This document shows, piece after piece, positions 26,759 to 40,000 of a stretch of 64,000 bases of DNA. The notes under the pieces were generated by a model. That model did not search any database. It was not told where the DNA came from and worked only from the letters and a program-made list of their open reading frames with translations. The stretch's first letter is position 1; every line of letters begins with the position of its first letter. The stretch lies in contig NW_021831988.1 in the NCBI RefSeq assembly GCF_006345805.1, positions 1-64,000 of the forward strand. The letters are read 5' to 3'. The stretch comes from Octopus sinensis. Lineage: Eukaryota. A program made the position numbers and the translations under genes.

Positions 26759-28436
26759 TTATTCCGTCCATTCCAAATTAGGAAAAGAAACTTTAATAAA
26801 GTCACACCAATTATCTTGATCCAAAAAACAAGGATCCTCTTCATTTCCTTCAAAACAGTGTCTATCCGGAAATAACTTATTTTGTGCACTCTAAAAAAAC
26901 TAATCCAAAAACTTGAACTCTCATAACACGTTGAATATGACAATTCTCACGTAAATTCACAAAACTTGAACATTTCCTAAAATAATTTTTAAAGTAAAAC
27001 CTTTGATCTAAATCAAAAGCTCCAATCAACTTATCAACAGCATCAGCCTTATCTCCACCGTCTATACTAGCACTAAACAATATACCCAAATCACACATTG
27101 GCAGAGAATTAAAAGCTATCGGCTTAACATCTTCCGTGAATGCCAATTCCGACCAATAGAAATACTCGACAATAAAATAAGTAGAATACTGTTGACATTG
27201 ACGGAATCAGAAACCCAATTCTTGGAGGATAGTTACGAGCAAAAACCCGACGGACAATACCCACCACATCCTTATCAACACAAGCTTTCACTAGGGTAGG
27301 AATAGCAGCCCCAAATTCCCCCATTACAATCGAAACAGAATCCCCAGTCCAATATGCACGATGAATCTCACAAATAAATGTTTAAACAAACATTTTCAGT
27401 TCGAGTAAATCCCAGCAACTGAAAACACTTTTCCGTCCGAATTCTCGCATTCTCTTCATCCGCTTCCGTAAAACCAATAACTGATTCTCCGTAGTAATAA
27501 GCTGCCAATATGTATACACGTCAACCATTACAAACGTCCTCGACTACTTCCCTACCTTCCTTTTGGAAATATGTGGTCTTGCGCTTCAAAGGGGACCAAA
27601 TCCCTCCACCAAGATCGATTCGAGAAGTCAAGTTGACACTGGGTGTCTTTTTTGTCTATTATTTTAAAATCAATGCAAGCTACCTTAATATAGCTGACAA
27701 TAGGAATTCTTAGACGTGTTCCTATCTCCAATGAACAGCGCCAGGGACTTGGTTTACGAGAGGAAAGGTCGTCAAAATTAACTATTTTCAATTTTAACGC
27801 AAATTCACTTCAATAACTTGAAAAATTTACTTGAAACTAATAATTTTTGATTTGTTAAATCTGTTTACTTCATTTTGCGACTGGGGAAAAAATGGAGTTC
27901 TATATAATCACTACAAGTACTTACATAAAGTCGATTTCGAAATCATTTTCAATTTTTAAAAGTTCATCAACCCAAATTTGGTTCCCAAAAGCACCAAAAG
28001 CCATAATTTTATTATTTTTGGAGGATTTGTTATTTTTATTTGAATAAAATGATTTAATATATTTGAATGCATTTTCAACAAGTTGTACGACTAAAATAAT
28101 TTTCAGATTTAATATAACAATCTATATTTTCAGAATTTTCTGAAAATTCATATTCCATAAAATTTTTTATCAATTGACATGTTATAGGCCCAAGCGGAAC
28201 AACAACGTCCTTATTTGAACAAAAACCTTCTTTAATTGTCGATATTTGAGAAATTATTGTCACATGGTCTTTAGAGTTGGAAATAAGCTATTTTGTTAAT
28301 AGTTAAGTATTCATACTTTTTGTTGAAGAAATTCAGAAATCAAAAGTTTTTCGAATTTAATAAAACTATATTCGACATTATATTTGGTAAACATTAATTG
28401 GGAATTGTCGATTAAAATAATATAGTTAGAATTCAT
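26759..28436 (-). CDS. XRCC5: Ku80 (NHEJ DNA end-binding), apparently without the C-terminal domain
   Basis: MNSNYIILIDNS (vWA start, ATG 28436); PWRCSLEIGTRLRIPIVSY; YYYGESVIGFTEADE; IPTLVKACVDKDVVGIVRRVFARNYPPRIGFLIP; LAFTEDVKPIAFNSL; DAVDKLIGAFDL. The last exon ends FIKVSFPNLEWTE* at 26759. Confidence 0.85.
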
Positions 28437-28699
28437 CAAGATGAAAAAATCCCAACAAGAAGAAATATTGGATACCCAAATTATTTATTCACCCTTGTTG
28501 ACCAGCTGTTACTATTTGTAATTATTGAATAAATATTAACTACTATTTAATATTAATGATTAAAATACAGATAAAAGAGAAAATTTTAATATCATTGATG
28601 TTCAAGTATAATTCTAAACATCTGTAATCCTATGAATATATAAAATAACAATTAAAAATAAGAGAACTAACATGATTTTCATAATTCTCATGATTTCTA

Positions 28700-31600
28700 T
28701 ACAAGTGGCTATAATTTAATATTTTTGTAGACTTTCAAAACAGTACAAACTTCTTTATATCCAAACGTCTTGGACTCTCTAAGTATTTTAATATTCTAAT
28801 TTTAGAACCCGTAGTAAGTGACGAGGAAGGTACTCCACGAAATGGAATTAGAGGTATTTTGGGGATGTATATATAAGATCCCGAAGCGCCGCTAGAAAAA
28901 AGAAATTACTTGAGTTTTATTTGAATTATATATTTGTATAGAGCCTGAATCGGTGTACATCGAAGAAGACTCTGTGGAAATATGTATTTTTTATTTATTA
29001 TTGTTTTAGCTTCGGAAAATAAAAGATAGGTTAACTATTTAGTCCCATTAAAAATTAAATATTAATAACATTTGTTTTGGATTTACTAATAAAATTTTAA
29101 TAATTATTTAAAAAATAGTTCTTTTTACTTTGGCTATTTTTCTAAAAATACTCCAAAAGTTGGAATTTCTTAAATTAGTAAAATAAACAAAATCGGCTTT
29201 AGTAGTAATCGTGAGCAGTTTTCTGGTAATCAATTTGTTCTCTTTTCTATCTGCCTTTTATGAATCAAAAATGCTCAAAGATCTCACTGTGAATTTCAGA
29301 AAGCCGTAATTTAGTCAAGGTTGGAATTAACATTATTCTGGATAAATTATATTTTTCAAGATGAGGTCAGTCTTCCTGACATTGTCTGTTTAATTGTATT
29401 TTTTAACTCATATTTAATATTAGGATGTTCTATAATAATATTTGTTTCCATGGTTAATAAATGTCACATCTAATAGAAAATTTGGAAAAGTTTAGAGATA
29501 ATAGTATTTTTGACACATTAATAAACTTAGTATCAAAACTGACGGGACAGATTGAATCCGATTCTGGATATGCAACAAAATCGGTTTCTTAATTACAATA
29601 TTTAATATGATAGTTTCATTTACAAAGTCAAGACGACTCAAAGTATAATTATAAATTGTATCTTTAGAATAAAACCAATCACCGAAAGATTGTTTGGAAC
29701 ACAAGTTTGACATTATTATTATTCTAGCCTAATGTTGGGTTGTTTCAAAATGAAGTTAAGACCTTGGTCGATGAAAACAACTCGTATTTGTCTGTTTTAA
29801 TATAATTTAGTTTACGAGAAGAACTCAAAAGAATAATTAGTGAACAGGTAGAAGAAGACTTCGATAACAAAAACGCGTACCAATATAATAAAAAAGAACA
29901 AATTGAAATCGCTAAAAAAGTAGAAATTGTTTCTTTAATTTTTATAGGAAAAACAACTAGCTGAAGAAATGTGTGGTGCAGCAATGACACGTGTAGACCA
30001 ACTTGAGAATGAATTGGAGGTATGTTTTCAACTTATTGTGTATTTAGAATATAAAAAATATTTGCGATGTCCCTTCTGTATATAACCAGCTAGAAAAGGT
30101 GTGTTTTGTTATTATATTTTAGATACAATCTGAGTATCGACGGGTCTTTAAAGAGCAGTCTGAATTAGCAATGTCAATGCAACAGGAATTGCGGTTTTGA
30201 CCAAATTTATTAAATGTAGTTTGGCTCAACGCGAAAAACAATTATCAGCAATTCAAATTGAAGACTACTGTTCTGCACTTGAAAATATTAGATCTCAAGT
30301 TAAAGAAAAAGTGACAAATTATATAAATTATTTATAGAGCTCAAAAGTAGAAGATATATATGAACTAAGAATGATTTATGACCAGAAAATTGAAGAATTA
30401 AACAAAAAATCAGAGTCTGATCAAGCTAAGTAAAATATAATTTTTAATTTGAAAAAAGAATTGAAAATTGTGAAAAATATATTTCCACTTTGGAAAACGA
30501 TTTAACTTCTGTAAAACAACATTTGAATCAGTTAAAACTAGAAATGTATTTTGTATTAATTATTAAAAGAAAAACGTTGGAAGAATCAAAGGAAAATTTA
30601 TATAATGAAAATAAAATTCAGAAAGATTCACTAAACAGTTTAGAAAAAATTAAAATCCAAGTCAGATTAAAATGCAATAAAGTATTAGATTCGACACGAT
30701 TTGATTCAAAAGAATGAAGAATTGGAGACTTTACAAAATCAGATCAAAAACATTACCGAACAAGTGCGAATCAACGCGCAGGAACAGGTATGAGATTGTA
30801 ACAAATTTCAGATTGACGCCGAACGAAAAAAATTTGAATTAAATACTAGTAATATAAGGAATGATAACTTTCGACTAAATCAAGTTGTTTTTTTCATATT
30901 TTAAATTTTAGGAAAACGCTGACCAGAGGAATAAATTGATCACCGATGCCGAATATTTTAGTAGATTAAACTCCGAAAATGAAAAAGTACGATCAAAGTT
31001 TACTAAACCGCAGATGAAAAAGCAGCTGATTAATCAAATTGAACAACTTGGTGAGACAAAAAGCCGCCAAAATAAAATGCTTCATAAACTAAACTCATCG
31101 AAACAAAAATTGGCACAAGAAAATAATATTTTAAAAGAACGGATGAAACAATTGTCAATCAAGTAATACTTTAATTACTGATTTTTTATTTTTAGAAAAA
31201 AAGAAGAAATTGCACATCTGAATAATGATATTGAAACTCTTAAAAAGCGATTAAAATTTGTCGAAGATGAAAACAAAGAATTTAAACAAAATTCAACAAC
31301 ATTAGCAAATCAAAAAAACTGCATTTTAGACAAACTAAGAAATGAACTGAAAAATAAAAACAAGCAGTGTATAACTCTTAAGGAAAAAGTAAGGATTACT
31401 TCGATAAAATACTGGTTAATTCCCTTGTCGAAGAGATTAATGATAACAAAAGTGAATTCGGAAATCAGATCAACCAACAAGTGGCAAATAGCGAATCATT
31501 GCTTGCAGAAATGAATAATCTTTTAAGCGAGCAACAAATCATAAGCGAAAAGTTTATTAGAATATTAAGATTAAAATAGATGGAAAAGAAAATATGAGAA

Positions 31601-31950
31601 AGCTGCATCCCAAAAAAACGAAAAATTGGAAGACATGATCGAGGCAAATAATAAAATTGAAGCTGAAAACAAAATGAAAACCAAAATAATTAAGAATTAC
31701 GAGAAGGAACTTGAAGATAGAGATGGGCTGATTCAGCGCCACCAAGAGCAGTATTTATTAGCAAGAAATAGCATCGAACAATATCGCCTTATTCTCAAGC
31801 AATTAAACCGGGAAGTCAAAAATGAAGAATTTAATTTAATGTTAGAATAAGTTATCTAAATAGAACTTTAAATATTTTTGAGTATTATATTATTCAACTG
31901 CCAAAATAAATCAAGACAAATTTCGAGATCTCTAAAAGCTTTTTTACATG
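28700..31950 (+). CDS. Long coiled-coil protein, multi-exon, family not identified
   Basis: Many E/K/Q/L-rich exons separated by GT..AG introns (e.g. KKQLINQIEQLGETKSRQNKMLHKLN; NYEKELEDRDGLIQRHQEQYLLARN). Head-to-head with Ku80. Ends are approximate. Confidence 0.5.
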
Positions 31951-32430
31951 AAAGTAGACTAATACGTCATCGAGTTAGGAAGTTAAATATAATGTAATTT
32001 AAAATGGGTAAAAATTTGGAATATGAATAACCAAATCTATCGCTAGGGAACTAGTCATATAAAAGTTTTTTTATGCAGTTTTGAGAATATAAAAGAAATT
32101 TTGGATAGTCTGAAATTATTTTTGCATTGGTAATACCTCCATAATCAAATTCTATAAGAAAATTCTGTTCAATAAAAAAAGAAAAAATAATTTCAAAAGA
32201 ACTTTTAGACCGAATGCCACCTGTTAATCTCCCTACACTCAGAAAACCTAAAAGAAACTAAACAATCACTTTACTATTCAAGGTGCCACTCCCGGATCTA
32301 ACATATTATCTAATACTAAAAACAGCCTCTGCAAACATTAATAACTAATTTACCAAGATAACCAAAAATTAACAACTCGAAAACCTTCGATAACTAAAAA
32401 ACTAAAGAATCAGAACAATACACTAGCAAA

Positions 32431-33988
32431 TTAAGAAGGAGGCAAAGGAATGTCCAAACTCTCCACTTTTCTCTTTGGAGGAGGAGGGGGCACTTTCTGA
32501 GCATCCACAACGAACGGAGGAGGCATCGAAACAGGAACTCCCTCATGAAGAGCATGTGGCATCACCCCACTCACCGGCATAGGAACAATCGGGGCATTCA
32601 TAGGAAGTGCAGCATTGGCCGCTATCGGGTCGTGAATGTATCCCGTATTGCCAGTCAGCATAAGTGGTCTCCCATAAATATCAACTCCCTAAGAATGAAT
32701 TAACCAATAACTCACAGATGGAGCCATATACTGTTTAACCCCCACAGTCTGCAAATGTGCAGGGATTTCTTGACCAAGTTCGTTCATTAGTGCCACATAC
32801 TCATTATCCACCTTCCCCAGACTCCGTTCAAGAGCACTTACTTTACTTCTACAAAAGTAATGAATCAATTTAACATACAAATCAACAACACAATCAGAAG
32901 TCAGGTGACCTGCCCCTCCACAACGTGAACACAGCACTGTATTTGTGAATATCAAATCTGACTCTGCTTTCTGTCTCAAATGACTACAAATAAGCACAAA
33001 AAAAGCTTACATCAATCCTCTGGGGTCATGAAGAGTCCCGTTTAGCAGTGCCAACTCCTTCAACTGATTCTTTCGTAAATCATTCTCTGCTTCCGGCAGT
33101 TCGACCCCCTCTCGTATAATCTTCTCAATCTAAACACCTCCATTACTCCAAACAACCTGATTCTGCGCTCGTTTGACTTGTTCTTCCGTACAGCCTGTGA
33201 TATAAGCATGGAGAGGCTCGTCTTCTCCCGGCAACATATATCCTCCGGGATTCTTTCCTTCCTTAACAGAACCCTTCCCTCTTATAATAATCCTCGCTCC
33301 CGACTACAATAAATATAAATACAAACATCTCGTTCTAATAATTTGAGTGTATTGCCTCGAGGACCAATCAACAATCCCACAAAGTTGATCTCTGGGTGGT
33401 CATCCTGCGGAATCATGACCTTCTCCGTGATCCGACCAGCAGAAATCCTTGAAATAAAACATAAAAATAACCTGTAATCGGTCGGAGGTACATAAGAGGG
33501 GTTTAATTTGAGCATTTGAGCCACCAATTCAGATCTTTTCTCTTCAAATTTCCTTCTCATTCGATATTGTCTTGAATTGAGTCTCTTTCCGTCACTATCG
33601 TAAATTGGCTCCGGGGATGGGGACCTGAAATACTCAGTTAGGACCTTCGAACCAATAAAAAAATAAACCGAGTTGTGATGCGCTCTGAAAAAGGCTTGTT
33701 TGCCGAACCAATGTCCTCTTCGCGGATTCGTCGAGTGTAGTCCTCTATTTGGAGTTGTACTAAACATTGTTTAGAGTAATTAGATACGTAGATATGCAGA
33801 GAGATGCTCATCTGATAGGTTTGCGGGGATTGCTGTGGGCATTCCTGGAAGAACTACTTTGTTCTCTCCCCCAAATCTGCTTTTCTTAGGTTTTGGCTTT
33901 CTTTTTGCAATATTCTCAAGATATTCTGAAATTAATTAAATTAATATTTATAAAAACCTTCGGCTACTTTTTTTGTGACTTGAGGCAT
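32431..33988 (-). CDS. SF1: Splicing factor 1 / branchpoint-binding protein
   Basis: KKSRF...VVLPGMPTAIP; RSPSPEPIYDSDGKRLNSRQYRMRRKFEE; KH domain EKVMIPQDDHPEINFVGLLIGPRGNTLK; zinc knuckle CSRCGGAGHLTSDC; Pro-rich tail. ATG at 33988. The 3' end could extend. Confidence 0.95.
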
Positions 33989-34854
33989 AATCCTAGATAT
34001 AAATTAAATATGACAAACCAGAAAAGGAAACAACACTAAAGATAATGCTTTATTAATTTATTTAATTATTATTTTTTTCTTAAAATTTTAAGAAATTTAT
34101 AAACATAAGTTTAAATAAGATGCTTAGTAATTTAAATACAGAATATAAAATATTTTTGGAAACATGGATTATTTTCTTATAAACAATAGAAAACATGTTA
34201 AAATTTTAAATTCGGTTGCATAACAAACCGATAAATTTTTTTTAAAATTTATTATTAATGAAATGAAATCAGAAACTTTGGGGATCGAGAGGCAGTTCCC
34301 CGTGTAGAATAGAGACCGAACCGATAAATTAAAACTAAATTAGAAAATCGATTAATCAAAGTTTAAAATCGAAATTACAAATTATTGCCATAGTCACAGG
34401 ATTACCATGTTACACAATATTTGAAAATGTACACGCTAGAACACGTTGCCTGATTATTATTAAAAAAACCCTAGACCCAATATTTTTTCTTGAGTTTTCG
34501 ATTCAATAAAACCAAGTTATATTAAAAATTGATAAATCACATTTTCATTCTCAATTATTTACTCAACAAAATACGGTTGAATAATAAGTCGATAATTTGA
34601 AATTATTAACATTATTAATAACAAAAATGATTATCCATGACAAGTCCGACAATAAAAACTGATTTCTGTTGTCAATTATGTTAATAAAAATAAGTAGATC
34701 AATATTTTTAAAAATGCTAAATAGTTGCCAATTTCATATTTTATTAGATTTTCAATTTTACTGAATTTATAAAAAGAATTTATTTTGGCAGGAGTTTGAA
34801 TTTTGTGGATTCTATATCATTTTCTGACAATTTTGTTGAGTTTAAAATTAAATT

Positions 34855-36156
34855 ATGTCAATATCAAATTTGTCAATAACATTTGATATAAAATACGAAC
34901 GGCTAACAATATTTTATTTTTGGCAATTTAAACAAATCATATTAAAAAATGAGGCAATAGTTAAAAATAACAATAATTTTAGGTCTAGAGGAAACCGTAT
35001 AAAACCAGTTCCAAAAAGAAATTTACCGACACGTATCAAAATAAATATAAGCGGACTTGTTTTTGAGACTTTCGAAAGCTCTTTGAATAGATTTCCCAAC
35101 ACTTTGCTTGGAAATTATGAAAGACGAAAACAATTTTACGACAATACCAAAAATGAATATTTTTTTCCGAGAGACAGGACATGTTTTGAATTTATTTTGT
35201 ATTATTATCAAAGTGGTGGGTATTTGGCATGTCCAAATAACATCAACATTAATTTATTTTATTCTGAGCTAATCTTCTTTGGTTTGGACACAAACATTGA
35301 CATTAAATATGACAATGAATATTACAGACCAACAAAAATAGAAAAACTTCCAAAACAGTTTATTTTCAAAAAACTGTGGTTACTTTTGGAGTATCCCAGT
35401 TACTCAATAAGTGGACAAATTTATTCTTATTTGTCGATTATTATCAATTTAGTGTCAATCATTTTATTTTGCATCGAAACTCTTCCGCAATTTAAATGTG
35501 ATATAAATTATCAAACTTCGATTTTTTTCAAAATTGAAAGTGCCTGCATTTGTTTTTTTACTTTGGACTATATATGTCGTGTAGCACTATGTCCAGATAA
35601 AATAGACTTCTTTTTGAATATTTTCAATATAATTGACGCTGTTGCAATCGCTCCGTACTACATCATGATTGTGATAAATTACTTACATCCAATAGGTGCT
35701 GTTACTTTTGTTGGATCAATGCAGTTTATGACTTTAAAAATCTTACGAACACTTCAAGTTATGAGTCTTGTGAGACATTCGATGTATTTTCATGTTCTCG
35801 GAAAAACAATTTCAGCCTCAGTTCATGAAATACTCTTTTTGATAATGTTCTTATCTATTTCTACTCTCATATCAGCTTCTGCAATTTATTTTGCCGAGTT
35901 TGACGTTCCAGGATCTCAAATGAAAAGCATTCCCGATGCCTTTTGGTGGTCTATAATCACATTAACTGCAGTTGGGTATGGAGATGTGTATCCTTTGGGG
36001 TTTTGGGGGAAAATTATTGGATCGATCACTGGCATTGGCGGTGTCTTGGCTGCCGCTTTGCCAATTTCTGTGATAGTTTCAAAATTTAATAACTTTTATA
36101 AAATAGAAATAGATCGAAGAAAATATGCTAAATTCGAAAATAAACTTACAATTTAA
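34855..36156 (+). CDS. Shaker (Kv1)-like voltage-gated K+ channel subunit, atypical, intronless
   Basis: T1 domain RIKINISGLVFET...FPNTLLG...EYFFPRDR..FEFILYYYQSGG, six TM segments and pore SIPDAFWWSIITLTAVGYGDVYP. Confidence 0.95.
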   Translation: MSISNLSITFDIKYERLTIFYFWQFKQIILKNEAIVKNNNNFRSRGNRIKPVPKRNLPTRIKINISGLVFETFESSLNRFPNTLLGNYERRKQFYDNTKNEYFFPRDRTCFEFILYYYQSGGYLACPNNININLFYSELIFFGLDTNIDIKYDNEYYRPTKIEKLPKQFIFKKLWLLLEYPSYSISGQIYSYLSIIINLVSIILFCIETLPQFKCDINYQTSIFFKIESACICFFTLDYICRVALCPDKIDFFLNIFNIIDAVAIAPYYIMIVINYLHPIGAVTFVGSMQFMTLKILRTLQVMSLVRHSMYFHVLGKTISASVHEILFLIMFLSISTLISASAIYFAEFDVPGSQMKSIPDAFWWSIITLTAVGYGDVYPLGFWGKIIGSITGIGGVLAAALPISVIVSKFNNFYKIEIDRRKYAKFENKLTI

Positions 36157-36460
36157 AATTAATCCAAATATTAACACTTTAACAATATCATTCCCACTGA
36201 TAAAATTTTCATATTTAGTTGGAGTTAAACAAATGTTATTTATTAAACTATTTTTTTATTTCTTCCTGTTTTACCACAAAAGTAGAGGATTTATTAAATA
36301 TTTTTAATAGTTTTTTTAGAAAAAATTGAGTACAAGAGCAGTGAGTGGCCGTTTACAGAAAACGTTAAAGAAAGGAGAAATCGTCAAAAGATTAATTAAT
36401 GTCGTTTTTAACAATTAATATTAATTTTAATATTTTTAAAAATTTTTTGAGTGACGTGGT

Positions 36461-36999
36461 ATGAGTTCATATCGAAGTATCAAACTTTTTCGACGTTCCT
36501 GCCCACCAGTCAAATTCCAATGGGGACCTGAAAAAATATCCTACAAATTTTTGCGAGAAAAATATAAAATTAAAAACCTAAAGAAATTCGCAAGTCCACC
36601 ATTCCCTCTGCGTAGAGTACGGGGAGTCGACATTCCGAACAGTCATATTCCCAACAATCCTTCGAGACTCCCCACCGGCAAAGACGTCAACCAATTCCAA
36701 CGAGGAGGAGACTCAGAACTTCCAAAATTTTTTGGTCCTTTATTTTAACTAACATGACAGACAGGGGTGCCAACAAAAGTGTGGTGACCCTCCTTTCGGG
36801 AGAGAAGGTGACTGTCCCTGAGATGATCCCTGATTTTATTGTTCCTGATTTGACTGGTTTTCAGGTTTTTTTATTTTTTTACTTTTTTTAGCTCAAACCT
36901 TATGTTTCGTATAAAACCCCCAAAATTGAAGTCGCGGCTCACACAGCAAAGGATTTGTTTGATCGTTGTTATCTTCCATTTTTAAAGATTAAAAAATAA
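36461..36999 (+). CDS. MRPL41: Mitochondrial ribosomal protein mL41
   Basis: The spliced C-terminus VPEMIPDFIVPDLTGFQ/LKPYVSYKTP is diagnostic. Introns of 26 and 27 nt. Stop at 36997-36999. Confidence 0.85.
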
Positions 37000-37074
37000 T
37001 ATTTTTAATTAATAAAATTACATTTCTTGTGATTTATATATTTAATTAAAATAAAATACCGCTTTAGATTCGTT

Positions 37075-40000
37075 ATGAATTCTGCGTTGTTGGATTTTGA
37101 GATACCCGCAAAAAAGGACGATTTAATAGGCAATTCACGGCCCTCACTATTCTCTGTTGATAGCATTATTCCATGTAAAAGTCTTCCTCTTCTACTCCAC
37201 TGTAAATTACAAATTCTTTTAATATTTTCAGCAACTGCAAAATCATTTTCTCTCGACGGCTACACAAGCATACAAAAGAATTTTAACTTTATTTTTAGCA
37301 CAATTACGTAAGAAAAATATTCTGTATATTTTAGACAATCAAAACAACTGAAGGATAGCTTCATCATAGACGTCTTCAAATTATTTAAAGAAGGTTCCTT
37401 ATTTTGTTTAAAACTAAAGAAAGTCGAATATTTTTAATTTCATTGTCCGAACATTTTGATCAAAGGGGATCGATGGACCAGTCTGACAAAAATCTGTCAA
37501 TTTGTCTCAAAATGTACTGCTTTTTAATGGCAAATTTTGTCGAAATGTTTGTTCCCGACTCCAAAGCCACGGTGCAAATAACAGCAAAACAAGTGACAAA
37601 TAAAAACGTAAATTCCAGACCGGTAAATCCAAAAATATGTCCCAAAAAAGCAACATTTCCGTTTTTTGGGATGAAAACTGCGACCACATTGTCAATTTCT
37701 TCTGGAAACTTTTAAATTGTGACATTTCCAAGTTATGGGTCCCTCCAATAGCGGACACTGCTTTAATCAAGTTTGGTCTGTCGAAACTGAATTTAGTTTG
37801 ATTGGAAATTGTTTATTCCAAATATTTGTGTCTACAAATAATGAAATGTCATCAATACGTGAAATTAGAGACCGCCTTGTCGACTCGATTGGAATTTTGT
37901 CAGATTCCCACAACTATTCACCAGGTTGGAATGTCTGAGTGAATTTCCAGAGGCTGCTATCAAAATTGTGGAGATTATTCTTCAAAATGAACCCCTTGTG
38001 GTTGTCTTATCCGAGAATCTGTCGAATATGTTGTCCAAAAGGAAGATTGGAATTCTTCTCATCAACATTCTCGGGTTGTTCTGTTTTATGTCACTTCAGG
38101 GAGATTGGAAGACTTAATTTGGGGGATCCTCTACAGGAATCGGCCCGGACTCGCAATGTGAGTGTTTTTCTGACCGTTTTGGGAGAGAAAATCCCCGATC
38201 AGATGGCAATGAATCTGCATTTGTTGGATTCCTACCTCAGCTTTGATGTTTGGATAGTATATATATAACAGCATCCCGTCCTAAGGAGTGCCATTGTTGG
38301 AATATACGGGCAAATAGTAATCAAACACCTCAGCGGAGATAATCTCAGTCAAAACCAGAAAAAAATACGGAATAGTCTGCTGGATTCACTGTTGGAGCAC
38401 ATTCATGATATCAACGCATTTGTCAGAGTTAAAGTCCTCCAAACATGGACTCTGATTGTGTCAAACCAGGCCATGCCTTTATCAATGTTGAGTTCTGTCA
38501 TGGAGTTGCTCATTGGCCGACTTCACGACAAATCTACGTTGGTCAGGAAGCGAGGAGTTCAGCTTCTGATTGCCTTTCTAAGAAATAATCCCTTTGCTAT
38601 CAACGTAGCTGTTTCGTTTATTTTAGGCTTCTTACGACGAAGTGGCAGCACGGAGGGACTCTGAGATTGCCAAATTGAAAAATATGAAACAAGAGGATTC
38701 CCACGTGGATAATTCTGATATCCCCGACCCCCAAATGTCCGTAGATGGACAAACAAAGTCCACAGTATTCGAGCAGGAGGAACTGGTGAGTGAAGAGGTG
38801 GGAAAACAGATGATCTTAGTGCAATACCTCTCGGTTGTTCCGAGTTGATATTTCCAGGATTGTGCTTCTTTTATTAAGCACGTTCAAGCAGCCATTCCAC
38901 TCGTCGGACGCCTGTTGAGTGGCAGTTTAGCCTCCGATGTGGCAGAGGCAGTTGATTTCTACGTGACGGGGATGGAGTTTGGGATGGATTGTTGTTCGGG
39001 TGGACTTGTGGATATCCTCACGCTGGTTCTCTCCACGGACAGTTCAATTAGAAAGATTGCTTTGGAAGCTTTCCGAAAAATATATTTTTCACGTTCAAAT
39101 TGCATGTATGCATTTGTTGTGATTTTCAGAGACAATCCGTTCAGACAAATGGATATTTTGGTGGAATTGAGTCAACTTGTCAAGCTGAATTATCATTTTA
39201 GCGCGTTTGAGAAATTGGTTGGCTGTTTGTTTGAGTTTTGAGGTGAATGAGTTGTACTTGTCAGGAAACATATCCCTCAACACTTTTAAACACATTCTGA
39301 AAAAATTTGTGGAAATTTCTAACTACGACGAGTCTTCTTATTTAGTCATTTTGTTCAGAGCAGTCGCAAGGTGTTTCTTTTTGATATTTCAGTTCGAATC
39401 CCGAGTTAATTCTTAATAATATTTACATTATAACGTCGGCAGTGCTTTCGACTGACCGAATCAGGCGAGACATGTTTTTTGCCGCAAACACAATGGCAGC
39501 ACTCTCTAATCTCTGTCTCGTCAAAAATGAAGTAAATCAAATATTTCATAATCCAAGCATCTTTCTTTTCGACTGTCAAAGTCACATTTTGCCTGCGAAG
39601 AGGTGTATTCAATATTTTGTCAAAGTTATGCTTTTTTTAATGGATTAGCATTCAGAGATAAAAGAATGTCCAGATGGAGTGGATTTTGTTCGGAAGTGAT
39701 AGGAATGGTCATTAAAGTGTTTGAAAGATATGACGAAATGCTCTCAAATATGTTCAAATATATGAGAGGAGTCGTCTTTTCATGTTTTTGTTTGTTTTTG
39801 TTATGCACAGCCTCCTCGGGTTTGTTGTCTACTCAAAGTTCGATTCTGATGACTCGGTTTATATATGCCTGTGGAGAGATGGCTTTGCTGGGTCAAAATT
39901 TTTTGGAGAATCAAATTTGTGGGGAATTAAGACGTCGTAGACAAATGCGTGACCTAATAAAAGACAAAAACCAAGTTCAATTACATTTTTAATTCAATTG

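Noticed and set aside
29444-29457. X-box-like GTTTCCATGGTTAA
   Set aside because: Two consensus mismatches in the right half-site, and it lies inside the coiled-coil gene body.
34276-34302. GGGGA...TCCCC hairpin upstream of the Kv gene as an snRNA or SL RNA
   Set aside because: No Sm site or recognisable U snRNA motif, and the stem is too short to call.
39385-39405. GTTCGAATCC T-loop-like motif suggesting a tRNA
   Set aside because: It lies within NCAPD2 and has no acceptor stem, D arm or anticodon arm.
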